Shown here piece after piece: positions 41,283-50,443 of a DNA stretch of 64,000 nt; positions within the stretch are counted from its first letter, which is position 1, and each line of letters begins with the position of its first letter. The DNA is from Dehalococcoidia bacterium (GTDB lineage: Bacteria > Chloroflexota > Dehalococcoidia > SZUA-161 > SpSt-899). The notes below the pieces were generated by a model that ran no database searches, was not told the origin of the DNA, and worked only from the letters and a program-made list of their open reading frames with translations. The stretch is taken from NCBI GenBank assembly GCA_041300025.1, contig JBGLNL010000001.1, positions 1,211,576 to 1,275,575 on the forward strand, written 5' to 3'. The position numbers and the translations under genes are program-made.

Positions 41283-44200
41283 ATCCGGGCCAGAGATACT
41301 ATTTCCGAGCCAGCGGGGACAATGGAGCCGCCTATGGACTGGAGCGTTTTCTTGACACCCCGGCGACAACGACTGTCTGGATTGATGCCCCATTAGGAGC
41401 TGAACAGGGCACTGACTTCACGGCTACGGTCAGGATAGATAATGTTACCAATTTCGATTCCAGTATTTATGATGTCAACTTTGATGGTTCAGTACTCCAA
41501 CTAAATAATGTCACCGGTGGCATGATCGGGGCAAATGGCATTCCTGTAGATACTTATACGAACTTAGGCCCCGGCGCTTACCGGATAGATCAAAATATTC
41601 CCGGGAACCCGGGTGTAACTGGCTCCGGCTATCTGGCTGAGCTGCATTTCAGTGTGCCGGGAGCGCTTTCAGGTAATACTAATATAAACCCGGCCAATGG
41701 CAATCTTTGGAACAACATGGGGGCGGTGATTCCGGCAGTGTGGAATGGCGATATTGTCACGATCAGCAGCCGATCGGTAACGATTGATGATTTCAAAGTC
41801 ACCCCCACACTGGAGGAATGGAAAGAGGCGGGGTGGAATATGCCCATGGCCAATAAGGTATCTAGATATGAAATTACTTTCACTTTAACTAACGAAGGGG
41901 AGCTTGAGGGGGGTGTCGATGAGATTCATATCACGTTCCCGAATGAAATGCAGTTACCAACAAGCATTGATCCCAGTAACGTATTGGTAAACGGTGTAAA
42001 CTGTGGAAATGATAATTTCGATGGAGATGCAGCGATTTCAAATAAGACCTTGAAAATCGTCGTTCCTCAAAATATACCTGATGGAGCGGTTTGTACCGTG
42101 ATAATCATGCAAAGCGCCGGCATTGCCAATCCAAAGCTTTCTCAGGAGCTCATACCTCCGGGGAATCAGAACGGTTATCCGGCTACTTATGACCCTGCGA
42201 TGAACCTTCATCTTGATCGTGCAACCGATGAGTTGTATCAACTCAAGGTTGCTACTACCTCCGATCCCATAAATGCCAGCCGTGAATTTCAGGTGTTCGA
42301 CTGGATGGAGATGGAAAAGAATCAAATGGGGATGATCGAATTTCCGTTTGGGGGGATGGTTATTGTTAATGGTGCCGGGTTCATGCCCGATGCCACCGTT
42401 ACCCTGAATGGTCTTTCAGGTGGTCCGCTGGCGGGTTCTGGCAAAGTGAGCAGCGATGGCACGGTCGCCATTTATGGATTTGCCAGTGGGGCTCCGCCGT
42501 TTGTTCCTCTCGAGGGTACCGATGGATCTGGCAGGGCATCTAACTGGGTCTGGCCCATGTACTCGCTGAACACCGATCAAATTGATGAAAATTCGAATAA
42601 GTATTCTGCTGAGGGTGTCTGGCATTTGCTGCCCAGTCTTTCGCTTTCTGCTAATTCCGGTCTGGCGGGCTCTCAGATAATTATTGAAGGTACCAACTGG
42701 ACGGGAACTCCCACTGCCGTCTATCCGCAGGATATTACCATCGGTGGGATGCCGCTCCCTGTTGAGGAAACTCCTGTGATGATGGATAAGGACCATGATT
42801 CCAGTTTTCTGCAGGCGTTTCAGGGCGTTGAGCTAAACACTGGGAAGGATGATTTCTCTGTGAAGGCTCAAATACCGAGAAATCTGAAAGGCGGGAAATA
42901 TGAGATTGTAGTTACTGGCGGTGATACCATGCGTTGCCTGCCGGCATTGGTGGCAGGCAATAATGGATGGGCGTGTGGTAATTCATTCGATTGTTTTAAT
43001 GATTCCATTAATAGAATTGCTGCCGGTTTGCCACCGCTTGGTATTTGCGCGGATGGAGGCACGGCCGTGGTAAGAGCTACGTTTACAGTACTTCCACGAA
43101 CTGTCAAGGTGGAACCCTCCAACGCGGCACCCGGTAGCACAGTCACCTTGAAGGGGGAAGGTTTTGTAGCTGGCGAACCTGATAATTTTAATGGCGGTGC
43201 TGGCTTTGCTCATAACCTTGGAGGTATTGCTGTATACAAATATGGTAACAGCATAAAAACAGAAACGATAACTACCAATATCGAGGTTGATGATCAGGGC
43301 GGGTTCACCGCTGTAGGCAAAATTCCTGCAGATGCCACTGAGGGGAATGGTGAGGTAATTGTCTTCTTCGATCCCACCGATACCTTCTATGATGGTGAGG
43401 GAGATCTGGACGAGGTATCCGCCAAAGCCGCTTTTGCACCGGCAAGCAGGGGACTCACGGTTATCCCCTCAAGCGGCCCACTGGGAACCACCATCACCGT
43501 CAGCGGCGGTAATTTCGGTTCTGCCGCCGGTGGCGTCATACCGAGACTGGAAGTTAATTATTTTGAAGATCCCGGCTTACCCACACTGGAACCCCTGAGC
43601 ACTGCAGGGCAGATGGTTCCTGAGACTTTTGAGGTTGACGCTGATGAGGGCTTCCGCTATGGTGATGATAACATGATCAGAGTTATTGCCCCTTGTGGCG
43701 GTATTGACTTGACGGCAGCCTGCACGTTTGATGTTACCCGCCCCACGTTGCAGCTTGATAAAACCCGGGGTCCGCGCGGCACGCTGGTGAAGGTCTCCGG
43801 TTCCGGGTGGCAGACATCAGGACTCAATTTTGTCACTATTGCGTACCGGGGTAATGGTGCTATCGATGATGCTACCGTGGCAGTAGTGGAACCCAATGGA
43901 AATGGTGATATCGCGGCCCAGTTCCGTATTCCGTCTTTTGATGATGCGGATATGGGTGGAGGCGAAGCTAATCTGATTTTCACCGCCACTGATGGGGAGA
44001 ATGACTCTCTACAGAGTATTTTTACGGTGACCGGTCCCCATATCAGTGTGAAACCGGAATCGGCAGCAGGTGGAGAGGTAATCACAGTGCATGGTGAGGG
44101 CTTCCTGCCGCAGTCACAGGTGCAGGAAATTTCTCTGGCCAATGCTCCTATTGTACCCATATATGAGCTTAAGCTGACCGATGCACAGGGCGCGTTCGAA

Positions 44201-44581
44201 ATCACGGGCACAGTTCCTGGCGTAATGCCGGGCGGTTATGCGATAAATGCCCGAGTTAATCAGAATGAAGGCGCTGAGATTACCTGCCCGTTTACTGTGG
44301 TGAGTGGAGGTGTCGGTGATGTTTCAGTTGAAGAGGGCTTTGCCTCCATCGGCAAGAACGCCGAAGGCGGCCAGTACCTGTTCACCAAGGTATGGACATT
44401 CGATTCAAAGACCAAAGAGTGGCTGGTATATGATATAGCAGAAGGCGCTCCTGATCAGTTTGATACCCTTGCGACTGGTCAGGGATACTGGGTGGAAGTC
44501 ACCGATGATTGCACCCTGACACATGGTGCTTATACGTATGACCTGATTAAAGGCTGGAACCTTATCGGCTGGCAGGGCTAG
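41243..44581 (+). CDS. surface protein, C-terminal part (Ig/cohesin-like beta-rich repeats). Frame open from 41243. 40-nt overlap with the part-1 frame.
   Basis: Same composition as part 1. No plausible independent start (first codon TTG). A C4 run at the overlap. Confidence 0.6.
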   Translation, partial: NNPGAFHADITSLNPGQRYYFRASGDNGAAYGLERFLDTPATTTVWIDAPLGAEQGTDFTATVRIDNVTNFDSSIYDVNFDGSVLQLNNVTGGMIGANGIPVDTYTNLGPGAYRIDQNIPGNPGVTGSGYLAELHFSVPGALSGNTNINPANGNLWNNMGAVIPAVWNGDIVTISSRSVTIDDFKVTPTLEEWKEAGWNMPMANKVSRYEITFTLTNEGELEGGVDEIHITFPNEMQLPTSIDPSNVLVNGVNCGNDNFDGDAAISNKTLKIVVPQNIPDGAVCTVIIMQSAGIANPKLSQELIPPGNQNGYPATYDPAMNLHLDRATDELYQLKVATTSDPINASREFQVFDWMEMEKNQMGMIEFPFGGMVIVNGAGFMPDATVTLNGLSGGPLAGSGKVSSDGTVAIYGFASGAPPFVPLEGTDGSGRASNWVWPMYSLNTDQIDENSNKYSAEGVWHLLPSLSLSANSGLAGSQIIIEGTNWTGTPTAVYPQDITIGGMPLPVEETPVMMDKDHDSSFLQAFQGVELNTGKDDFSVKAQIPRNLKGGKYEIVVTGGDTMRCLPALVAGNNGWACGNSFDCFNDSINRIAAGLPPLGICADGGTAVVRATFTVLPRTVKVEPSNAAPGSTVTLKGEGFVAGEPDNFNGGAGFAHNLGGIAVYKYGNSIKTETITTNIEVDDQGGFTAVGKIPADATEGNGEVIVFFDPTDTFYDGEGDLDEVSAKAAFAPASRGLTVIPSSGPLGTTITVSGGNFGSAAGGVIPRLEVNYFEDPGLPTLEPLSTAGQMVPETFEVDADEGFRYGDDNMIRVIAPCGGIDLTAACTFDVTRPTLQLDKTRGPRGTLVKVSGSGWQTSGLNFVTIAYRGNGAIDDATVAVVEPNGNGDIAAQFRIPSFDDADMGGGEANLIFTATDGENDSLQSIFTVTGPHISVKPESAAGGEVITVHGEGFLPQSQVQEISLANAPIVPIYELKLTDAQGAFEITGTVPGVMPGGYAINARVNQNEGAEITCPFTVVSGGVGDVSVEEGFASIGKNAEGGQYLFTKVWTFDSKTKEWLVYDIAEGAPDQFDTLATGQGYWVEVTDDCTLTHGAYTYDLIKGWNLIGWQG

Positions 44582-44619
44582 TTATGTAAGTAGTCCAGCA
44601 AATGGCTTAAAAAGGGAAA

Positions 44620-44657
44620 AAGGGGGGCACGGTGAAAAACCGTGCCCCCCTTTTTTG
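44620..44657 (+). terminator. rho-independent terminator
   Basis: GGGGGGCACGG-TGAAAAA-CCGTGCCCCCC followed by TTTTTTG. Confidence 0.8.
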
Positions 44658-44706
44658 CATCTCTGGATTCAAGATTATAGGATTTCAGCGCAAAAGTGAT
44701 CTGACA

Positions 44707-45744
44707 CTAATCTGGCCAGTAAAGTTTTTTGGCTTCTTTTTCCAGTTCGGCACGGAAGTTCGGGTGAGCCACGCCGATCAGTTCCATGGCCCGTTCTCGC
44801 TGGGTTTTCCCTTTTAGTTTTGCTATTCCGTATTCAGTGACGATAGTGTCAGACAGCGTTCGTGGTGTACTCACCACAGTTCCGGGCATGAGTTGCGGCA
44901 CAATTCGCGAAGTTTGCCCTCCCTTGGCTGTGGAAGAAACGGCTGTAATGGCTCGTCCGCCATTGGAGAGATAAGCACCGATGGCGAAGGCGGTTTGCCC
45001 GCCTGCCCCGCTCATCATTTTGGTGCCGATAGATTCAGCGGAAATCTGGCCTGTGAGGTCGACCGAGATGGCGCTGTTGATGGCTACCACATTATCGTTT
45101 TCTGAAATTATTTTGGGGTTCAAAACATAGCTGGAAGGATGGACCTCAAATACGGGGTTGTCATTGATGAAATCCATCTCTTCCTTTGAGCCTCCGCCAA
45201 CAGCCGTAGCAACCGCCTTTCCGATATTTATCTGCTTGCGCTTGCCGTTGATGACGCCGTTCATAACCAGCGTGCCAATACCACGCGGAGTATTTTCAGA
45301 GTGCCAGCCGAGGTCAACTTTGTTCTCGAGTACGCCGAGTTTAGCTACCCATTCCGCGGTACCGCCGACCCCGATCTCCAGGCAGTCCCCATCATTAACC
45401 AGTTCGCCGATATATCCGGCAATCGTCTTTTCCAGTTCGCCGGGGCCGGTTGTTTTGCGGCCCAGCAGATCGGTGCCTCCGGGGGTAATTCCTGAAGGCG
45501 TGTGTTCGACAAAATAGTCGATATCGGAAACATGAATTCGGTTTTCTCCGTATGTTCGAATAACGTTTTGATTGATCTCCGCCAGTACAACTCTGGCTTT
45601 TTCACAAAGGGCTTTCTTGTTCCAGCATGAGGCCCCGAAACTGCAGAATCCATGTTCATCCGGGGGCCCGATTTGGATCATATAGGCATCGATAGGCTTC
45701 ATCCAGGGAACGTCGGCTGAGGCGTAGAAGTGCCGACCTGCCAA
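44707..45744 (-). pseudogene. acetyl-CoA hydrolase/transferase-family CoA-transferase lacking the N-terminal ~100 residues
   Basis: It begins at the IDAYMIQIGPPDEHGFCSFG segment. There is no ATG until MKPID. The frame opens right at the end of the upstream gene. Confidence 0.65.
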
Positions 45745-46307
45745 AACACGTTACAGGCTGGATCACTACCGCTATTGATTTCCATAACGGACGAATTGCT
45801 TGCGGTCGTGAGCGCACTCCCTATCTTGAAAACGAAGACCGAGTTGGAGTCGCCCTGCATATCGAGAGTGAGTATCCCCGTCAACTGAGCCGACGTCGAA
45901 AAGCAGTAGACGCCCGGTGTGAGTGTCAATCCACCTAAATCCGAACCGGTCAAGTTGGTACCGCACGGTTGGATCGCTAGAGCATTATATGCGGTGACCA
46001 CATCATCCTGAGCGGTCATCGCAACCGCATCAGTCTGGTGTATATTTCCTATGACTGTTCCCGGTCCCTCATTATCCACCGTGCCAAAGAACCCCGTTAT
46101 TGAAGTACCCGCATAAAGACCCAAATCCCCGGTGACGACGGTCGGACCGGTATTGGTCACTGTCGATGCGCCCAGGACTGCGAAGTCATCGGCCGCTCCC
46201 AATGATGGTGCCACGGCTTGCGCCAGAGCCAGACCGGAGGTAGCAACAATGGCTACAATAATAACCGTTGTGAGTATCCATAATTGAGCTGTCTTTTTTA
46301 GTTTCAT
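45699..46307 (-). pseudogene. DUF3494 ice-binding-like secreted protein, C-terminally truncated after CNVFWQVG
   Basis: Signal peptide. ADDFAVLGASTVTNTGPTVVTGDLG, LTLTPGVYCF and CNVFWQVG motifs. The distal beta-helix repeats are missing. Confidence 0.6.
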
Positions 46308-46614
46308 TTCTTCTCCCTGTTATTTGGTAATTAAAGTATGTTACTTATATTGTTATTTTTATGTGAGTATATAAACATCCTCTTTGCTGAGTATATTACT
46401 ATGAAACAAGAGTATTTGTCAAGTCATCAGGGCTCCCGGATTTTGAGGTTCGCGCTGCCTGGCTTCCATCGCTGGCCCCCCCCTTTAATACATTTCCATA
46501 TACCGTTAATCGGCACTTTGGTGCGACTTTTGACTACCGTTCTACCCCCCACATCCCTGCTTGTCAACTCATATTTGTTACCACCCATTAGATTAGCCGA
46601 CCGACACTATTATG

Positions 46615-46676
46615 CCTGTCCCATCCCCGCCTGCGAGGTTTGTGGCACCGGGATACAAAGGAGCATGCTTATATTA
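46615..46676. promoter_or_regulatory. conserved ~60-nt intergenic motif, copy 1 (CCTGYCCCATCNCCNCCTGCGAGGTTTGTG...CATGCTTA)
   Basis: Near-identical to 50358-50418. Confidence 0.45.
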
Positions 46677-46740
46677 GTAAAGGGGAACGCTATCCGGCTC
46701 GTGGATATTGAGTGCTGGCAGATTATGTAGTGCGGATTAT

Positions 46741-47100
46741 GAAGAGCATGAGATAGGAGACAAGCTGGAAGAGCAGGAAAAACTCGAAAAAAAGGAGGAA
46801 CGGAATGGATGAATTAAAAAACAAAGAGCGGGAAGAGATTGACGAATTAACGATCAACGAGCATGCGATGGGAGACATGCTGGAGAGCAAGAGAAACTCG
46901 AAAGAACAAGGAGGAATGGAATGGACACAGCAGTAAAGAACAATGGGCATGAGACGGAAGACAAGCTGGAAGCGCAGGAGAAACTAGTAAAAAAAGGAGG
47001 AAAAGGAATGAACACAACAGTAAAGACCAATGAGCATGAGACGGAGATCAATGAGCATGAGATGGGAGACCAGATGGAAGTGCTGGAGAAACTCGATGAA
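46741..47100 (+). repeat. degenerate tandem repeat, period ~110 bp, ~3.5 copies, each with an SD+ATG
   Basis: Reiterated GAGCATGAGATGGGAGAC...AAGCTGGAAGNGCAGGAGAAACTCG...AAAGGAGGAANGGAATGGA units. Confidence 0.65.
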
Positions 47101-47466
47101 ATTATGGTCGAGGGTGAAACCAGCATTGATGACGACGTTGTAGCTGCTATCGCCGGGGTGGCGGCACAGGAAGTCGAGGGTGTTGCCAGCATGGGAACCG
47201 CCTCCATTCAACGTTCTATCTCGGAAGTCGTCGGCCGATCCGAGAAACGATCCAGAGGTGTAGAAGGCGAGCATGGCAAGAAAGAGGCGATCGTCGACCT
47301 CACACTGAAGGTGAATTACGGATTCAGTATTCCCGAGATAATTATTCAGGTTCGCAAAAATGTCGCTATGCGTCTTCTGGATCTATGTGGACTGATTGTT
47401 AAAGAAGTCAACATAACTATAGCCGGCATTGAATTCCCGGAGAAAGTATCCGACACATTGAAATAG
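46921..47466 (+). CDS. asp23: Asp23/Gls24-family alkaline shock protein with repeat-derived N-terminal extension
   Basis: DDVVAAIAGVAAQEVEGVASM Asp23 core. The true start may be an internal Met (47033 or 47063). Confidence 0.75.
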   Translation: MDTAVKNNGHETEDKLEAQEKLVKKGGKGMNTTVKTNEHETEINEHEMGDQMEVLEKLDEIMVEGETSIDDDVVAAIAGVAAQEVEGVASMGTASIQRSISEVVGRSEKRSRGVEGEHGKKEAIVDLTLKVNYGFSIPEIIIQVRKNVAMRLLDLCGLIVKEVNITIAGIEFPEKVSDTLK

Positions 47467-47798
47467 TTAATAATCTGAATCCGTGGAAGGGATAGGAGAG
47501 AGGGGATTTTATTTCTTAATCTTCTTTCTTTGCAAGTTGTTCTGAGGCATGCGCCCCACTCGAAGGCGTGAGAGCCTATTTAAAGGCATCTTCTCACCCA
47601 TGAGGTGAAGATTATATGTACTTTAAGACAAAGTCAGGGCGGGGGACGGATCAACTTGCCAGCCATTCAGGCTTGATCCCTGATGGTGGGCAATACTGGA
47701 CAAGAGTAATGTGCGAGAGCGATTAAAGGCGGTAGTGTTGCTCGAATATCCCTCCACGGATTTTAGGTGATAACCCGGAGATAAAATTCTATAACTAA

Positions 47799-47895
47799 GG
47801 AACCTTGTGAATAAGTGGTGACTTCGGGGGTCTGGGGGTGTTCCCCCAGCTTCCACCTTTCCCCAGGTTTGGGGTGATACAGGGAGTTGATCACA
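47799..47895 (+). repeat. GC-rich hairpin repeat element, copy D
   Basis: GGAACCTTGTGAATAAGTGGTGACTTCGGGGGTCTGGGGGTGTTCCCCCAG. Confidence 0.7.
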
Positions 47896-47933
47896 AGATT
47901 CCCAAAATAAGCACTGAAGTGTGGTAAATAAGT

Positions 47934-48506
47934 ATGAATATTTTTAATCGAGTAATAATTGTGGTTGCTGCCCTTGTTATACTGGCCGGATTAGTGATAA
48001 CAACACTCGTAGCGGCTAACGTGACTGATCCTGACGTTCTTTTCTCAGGTTGGTTCGAATCACAATTCAAAGATGTCGCTGATTTAAGCGGTGGCGCGGT
48101 AGCTGGTGTCATGGCAGCCAGCATCTTCATTGCATTTGGAATAATCTTCTTACTCATATTGGAGTTGATACCATTCCGCAGGCCGGTTCTATTTTTGCTC
48201 AGCTCGAGCGAAAATGGTATTGCCGTGATTGAAAAGGATAGTATCCGTGAATTGGCGGAGCATACGGCCATCTCGTTTCGAAATGTACGCGATGCAACGT
48301 GCAAAGTGGTGAAAAACGGAGAAAAACTGATGGTAATTTCTTGCCATGCATCATTGCCACTGGGCAGCATCATATCTGAGATAACGGCCGAACTCCAGTC
48401 GAAAATCAAGAATACGGTGGAGGAACACACCGGGCTGAAGGTCCGCCAGGTCGATGTTGAGAGTAAATATGAATCAGGGCAGGCCAAACACTTGGCTCTG
48501 CGTTAA
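47934..48506 (+). CDS. amaP: alkaline-shock membrane anchor protein AmaP-like
   Basis: N-terminal TM. Genomic linkage with the asp23 and DUF2273 genes. Confidence 0.55.
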   Translation: MNIFNRVIIVVAALVILAGLVITTLVAANVTDPDVLFSGWFESQFKDVADLSGGAVAGVMAASIFIAFGIIFLLILELIPFRRPVLFLLSSSENGIAVIEKDSIRELAEHTAISFRNVRDATCKVVKNGEKLMVISCHASLPLGSIISEITAELQSKIKNTVEEHTGLKVRQVDVESKYESGQAKHLALR

Positions 48507-48521
48507 GGGAAGGATTGAAAT

Positions 48522-48737
48522 ATGTGGAATCGACTTTTAAATCCAAAGTTACTGGGCGTTATTATAGGACTGATTATAGGGCTGGTGGTGATACTCGCCG
48601 GCGCACTCGATGCTTTTATCTTGACTCTTTTTATTGTAGCAGGATGGCTGATAGCGAAGTTCTGGATGGGTGAGTTTGATTTGATTGATGTATACGAGCG
48701 ATTTCTGCGAAGCAGGGGAAAAAGACAACAACAATAA
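48522..48737 (+). CDS. DUF2273-family small membrane protein
   Basis: 71 aa with two TM segments. Typical partner of the amaP and asp23 genes. Confidence 0.55.
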   Translation: MWNRLLNPKLLGVIIGLIIGLVVILAGALDAFILTLFIVAGWLIAKFWMGEFDLIDVYERFLRSRGKRQQQ

Positions 48738-48927
48738 GGTTGGGGTCAAGTCAGTTTATCAAAAGTGAGTTGTGTGAGATCTCATGGCATCAAACGAGTT
48801 GAGTGAGTTTGTGTTAAAGGTCATTACGCAGTGAATCACGACGTTTCAAAAGCGAGTAAGTCAACAATAGCATCGTTCAAATGCAATATGGGAACGAAGA
48901 GTGATTTTTAGAAAGGAGGTGATTAAA

Positions 48928-49062
48928 ATGCCGAAGGGAGATGGCAAAGGCCCCCCAGCTGGGGCAAAAGGACCTCGCGATGGTCAAGGCAAAGGTAAAG
49001 GCCAGGCATCGGGCAAGGGTGTCGGTGAGCGTAAGGGCGGTAAGAAAGGCGCCTGCAAGTAA
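48928..49062 (+). CDS. 44-aa Gly/Lys-rich small protein ending in GACK
   Basis: Strong RBS AAAGGAGG-7nt-ATG. The ORF-track 48941 frame lacks an RBS. Confidence 0.35.
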   Translation: MPKGDGKGPPAGAKGPRDGQGKGKGQASGKGVGERKGGKKGACK

Positions 49063-49132
49063 AGCAGCGGCCCCCCTGGAGGTTCCACAACCCGGCCCAG
49101 TCAAAATCGAAATTCTTAAAGGAGAGCTACCA

Positions 49133-49312
49133 TGAAATCGAGCATTAGAGATAAGACTGAAGGAAAGTTTCACAAAATGAAGGGGAAGGTCAAGGAGGCC
49201 GCCGGGAAAGTCAGTGGTAATCCTGAGTTGGAAGCTGAGGGTACCGATGAAAAGATAACCGGCACAGTGCAGGGAAAGATCGGTCAGGTCAAGAAAGTCC
49301 TGGGTAAGTAGC
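49133..49312 (+). CDS. csbD: CsbD-family stress protein
   Basis: KTEGKFHKMKGKVKEAAGKVSGNPELEAEG CsbD motif. Confidence 0.75.
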
Positions 49313-49455
49313 GAGCCCCGCGGGGCTTATCTGATACCAAACAGAAAGAGGTCGCTTATGAAAAACAGCAGCCTCTTTTTTTGCAATAGGTTCGCCACGG
49401 CAGAAGGCCAGCTTATGATCTATGACCAAACCAGGACCGATAGTATTTGGGACCC

Positions 49456-50211
49456 TCAGGCAACTAACGCCAGCTCAGATTGGGCTTCAGGGTCAGTGGT
49501 GATACCGTTGACAGGATTGCCCACGATACCTGCCTGGGCCGCGATAATAGACGCATGGGTGCGGCTGCGCGCCTGCATCTTGTCAATGACGTTCCGGACA
49601 TGCTTCTTGGTAGTATCCAGGGTGATACCCAGGCTTGCGGCGATTATCTTGTTCGAGTCCCCATTGCCCATGAGCCTTAGCACATCGACTTCCCTCTCGG
49701 TGAGGTGAGCAGCCTCAGCCGTGCGCTCGGCAAGCGTCTTCCGGCCATTCTGAATCAGATTCTCCACGGCAGTATGCAGCAATGCCGTCGTCATCTGGGT
49801 GCCACCCTCGACCACACGATGGATGCTTTGCACCAACGATTCCGGTGACATGTCCTTGAGGAAGATGTACCCCCCCGCACCCGCGTGTATGGCGTCAATG
49901 ACATAAGAATCGTTGATGTTCTCCGTCAGGACCATGACAGCTACCCCCGGGAATTCCTCCTTGATAAGCCTCGTCGCTTGCACGCCATCCATTTTGCCGT
50001 TCCGGGTCTCGGTCAACACTACTTTGATAGGACGTCCCCGGGTATGTGCTCGTTTAATATGCAGAAGAGCGTCATTCCCATCCTGAGCATCTCCAATCAC
50101 TTCAATCTTCTCGTCTTTAGCCAGGATAGCCCGCAGTCCCTCCTGGACAACCGGACTGAAACCAATCATCAGTACCCCCAGAATATCGGGTTTACGGTCT
50201 TTGACTTCCAT
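49456..50211 (-). CDS. LuxR/NarL-type response regulator with atypical receiver domain (no phospho-acceptor Asp)
   Basis: C-terminal LTEREVDVLRLMGNGDSNKIIAASLGITLDTTKKHVRNV HTH. The REC domain reads LMIGFS and VLTET where the DD pair and the acceptor D are expected. GGAGG RBS before MEVKDRK. Confidence 0.7.
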   Translation of the reverse strand: MEVKDRKPDILGVLMIGFSPVVQEGLRAILAKDEKIEVIGDAQDGNDALLHIKRAHTRGRPIKVVLTETRNGKMDGVQATRLIKEEFPGVAVMVLTENINDSYVIDAIHAGAGGYIFLKDMSPESLVQSIHRVVEGGTQMTTALLHTAVENLIQNGRKTLAERTAEAAHLTEREVDVLRLMGNGDSNKIIAASLGITLDTTKKHVRNVIDKMQARSRTHASIIAAQAGIVGNPVNGITTDPEAQSELALVA

Positions 50212-50341
50212 AGTTGACACACCTCCTCGGTACACTTTAGTGTACCACTCATTACCACTTAGGCGCACTTTAAGAATAGTATTGTACCCCCCCCTCCCCG
50301 CATTTGTCAAGTCTTATCGGGGGCCATCGGTTAGGCTAGAA

Positions 50342-50434
50342 GGCCTGCACTAACATACCTGTACCATCACCTCCTGCGAGGTTTGTGCCTTCCGGATAAA
50401 AGGCACATGCTTACATCAGATACAAATGCAGGCC
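50342..50434. promoter_or_regulatory. conserved ~60-nt intergenic motif, copy 2, bracketed by the 8-bp inverted repeat GGCCTGCA/TGCAGGCC
   Basis: CCTGTACCATCACCTCCTGCGAGGTTTGTGCCTTCCGGATAAAAGGCACATGCTTACAT. An internal GTGCCTT/AAGGCAC hairpin. Confidence 0.45.
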
Positions 50435-50443
50435 CGGCGGCAA

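Noticed and set aside
46338-46730. 130-aa plus-strand ORF in the asp23 upstream region
   Set aside because: No RBS and low-complexity hydrophobic sequence. The region is better explained as a regulatory spacer carrying the conserved motif.
46741-47100. Tandem repeats considered as a possible CRISPR array
   Set aside because: Units are ~110 bp and degenerate, have no unique spacers of fixed length, and are translated in frame as part of asp23. No cas genes are present.
48941-49135. 64-aa ORF from the ORF track
   Set aside because: A different frame, with a perfect RBS (48928-49062), encodes the Gly/Lys-rich peptide. The 64-aa frame has no RBS and reads as basic low-complexity sequence.
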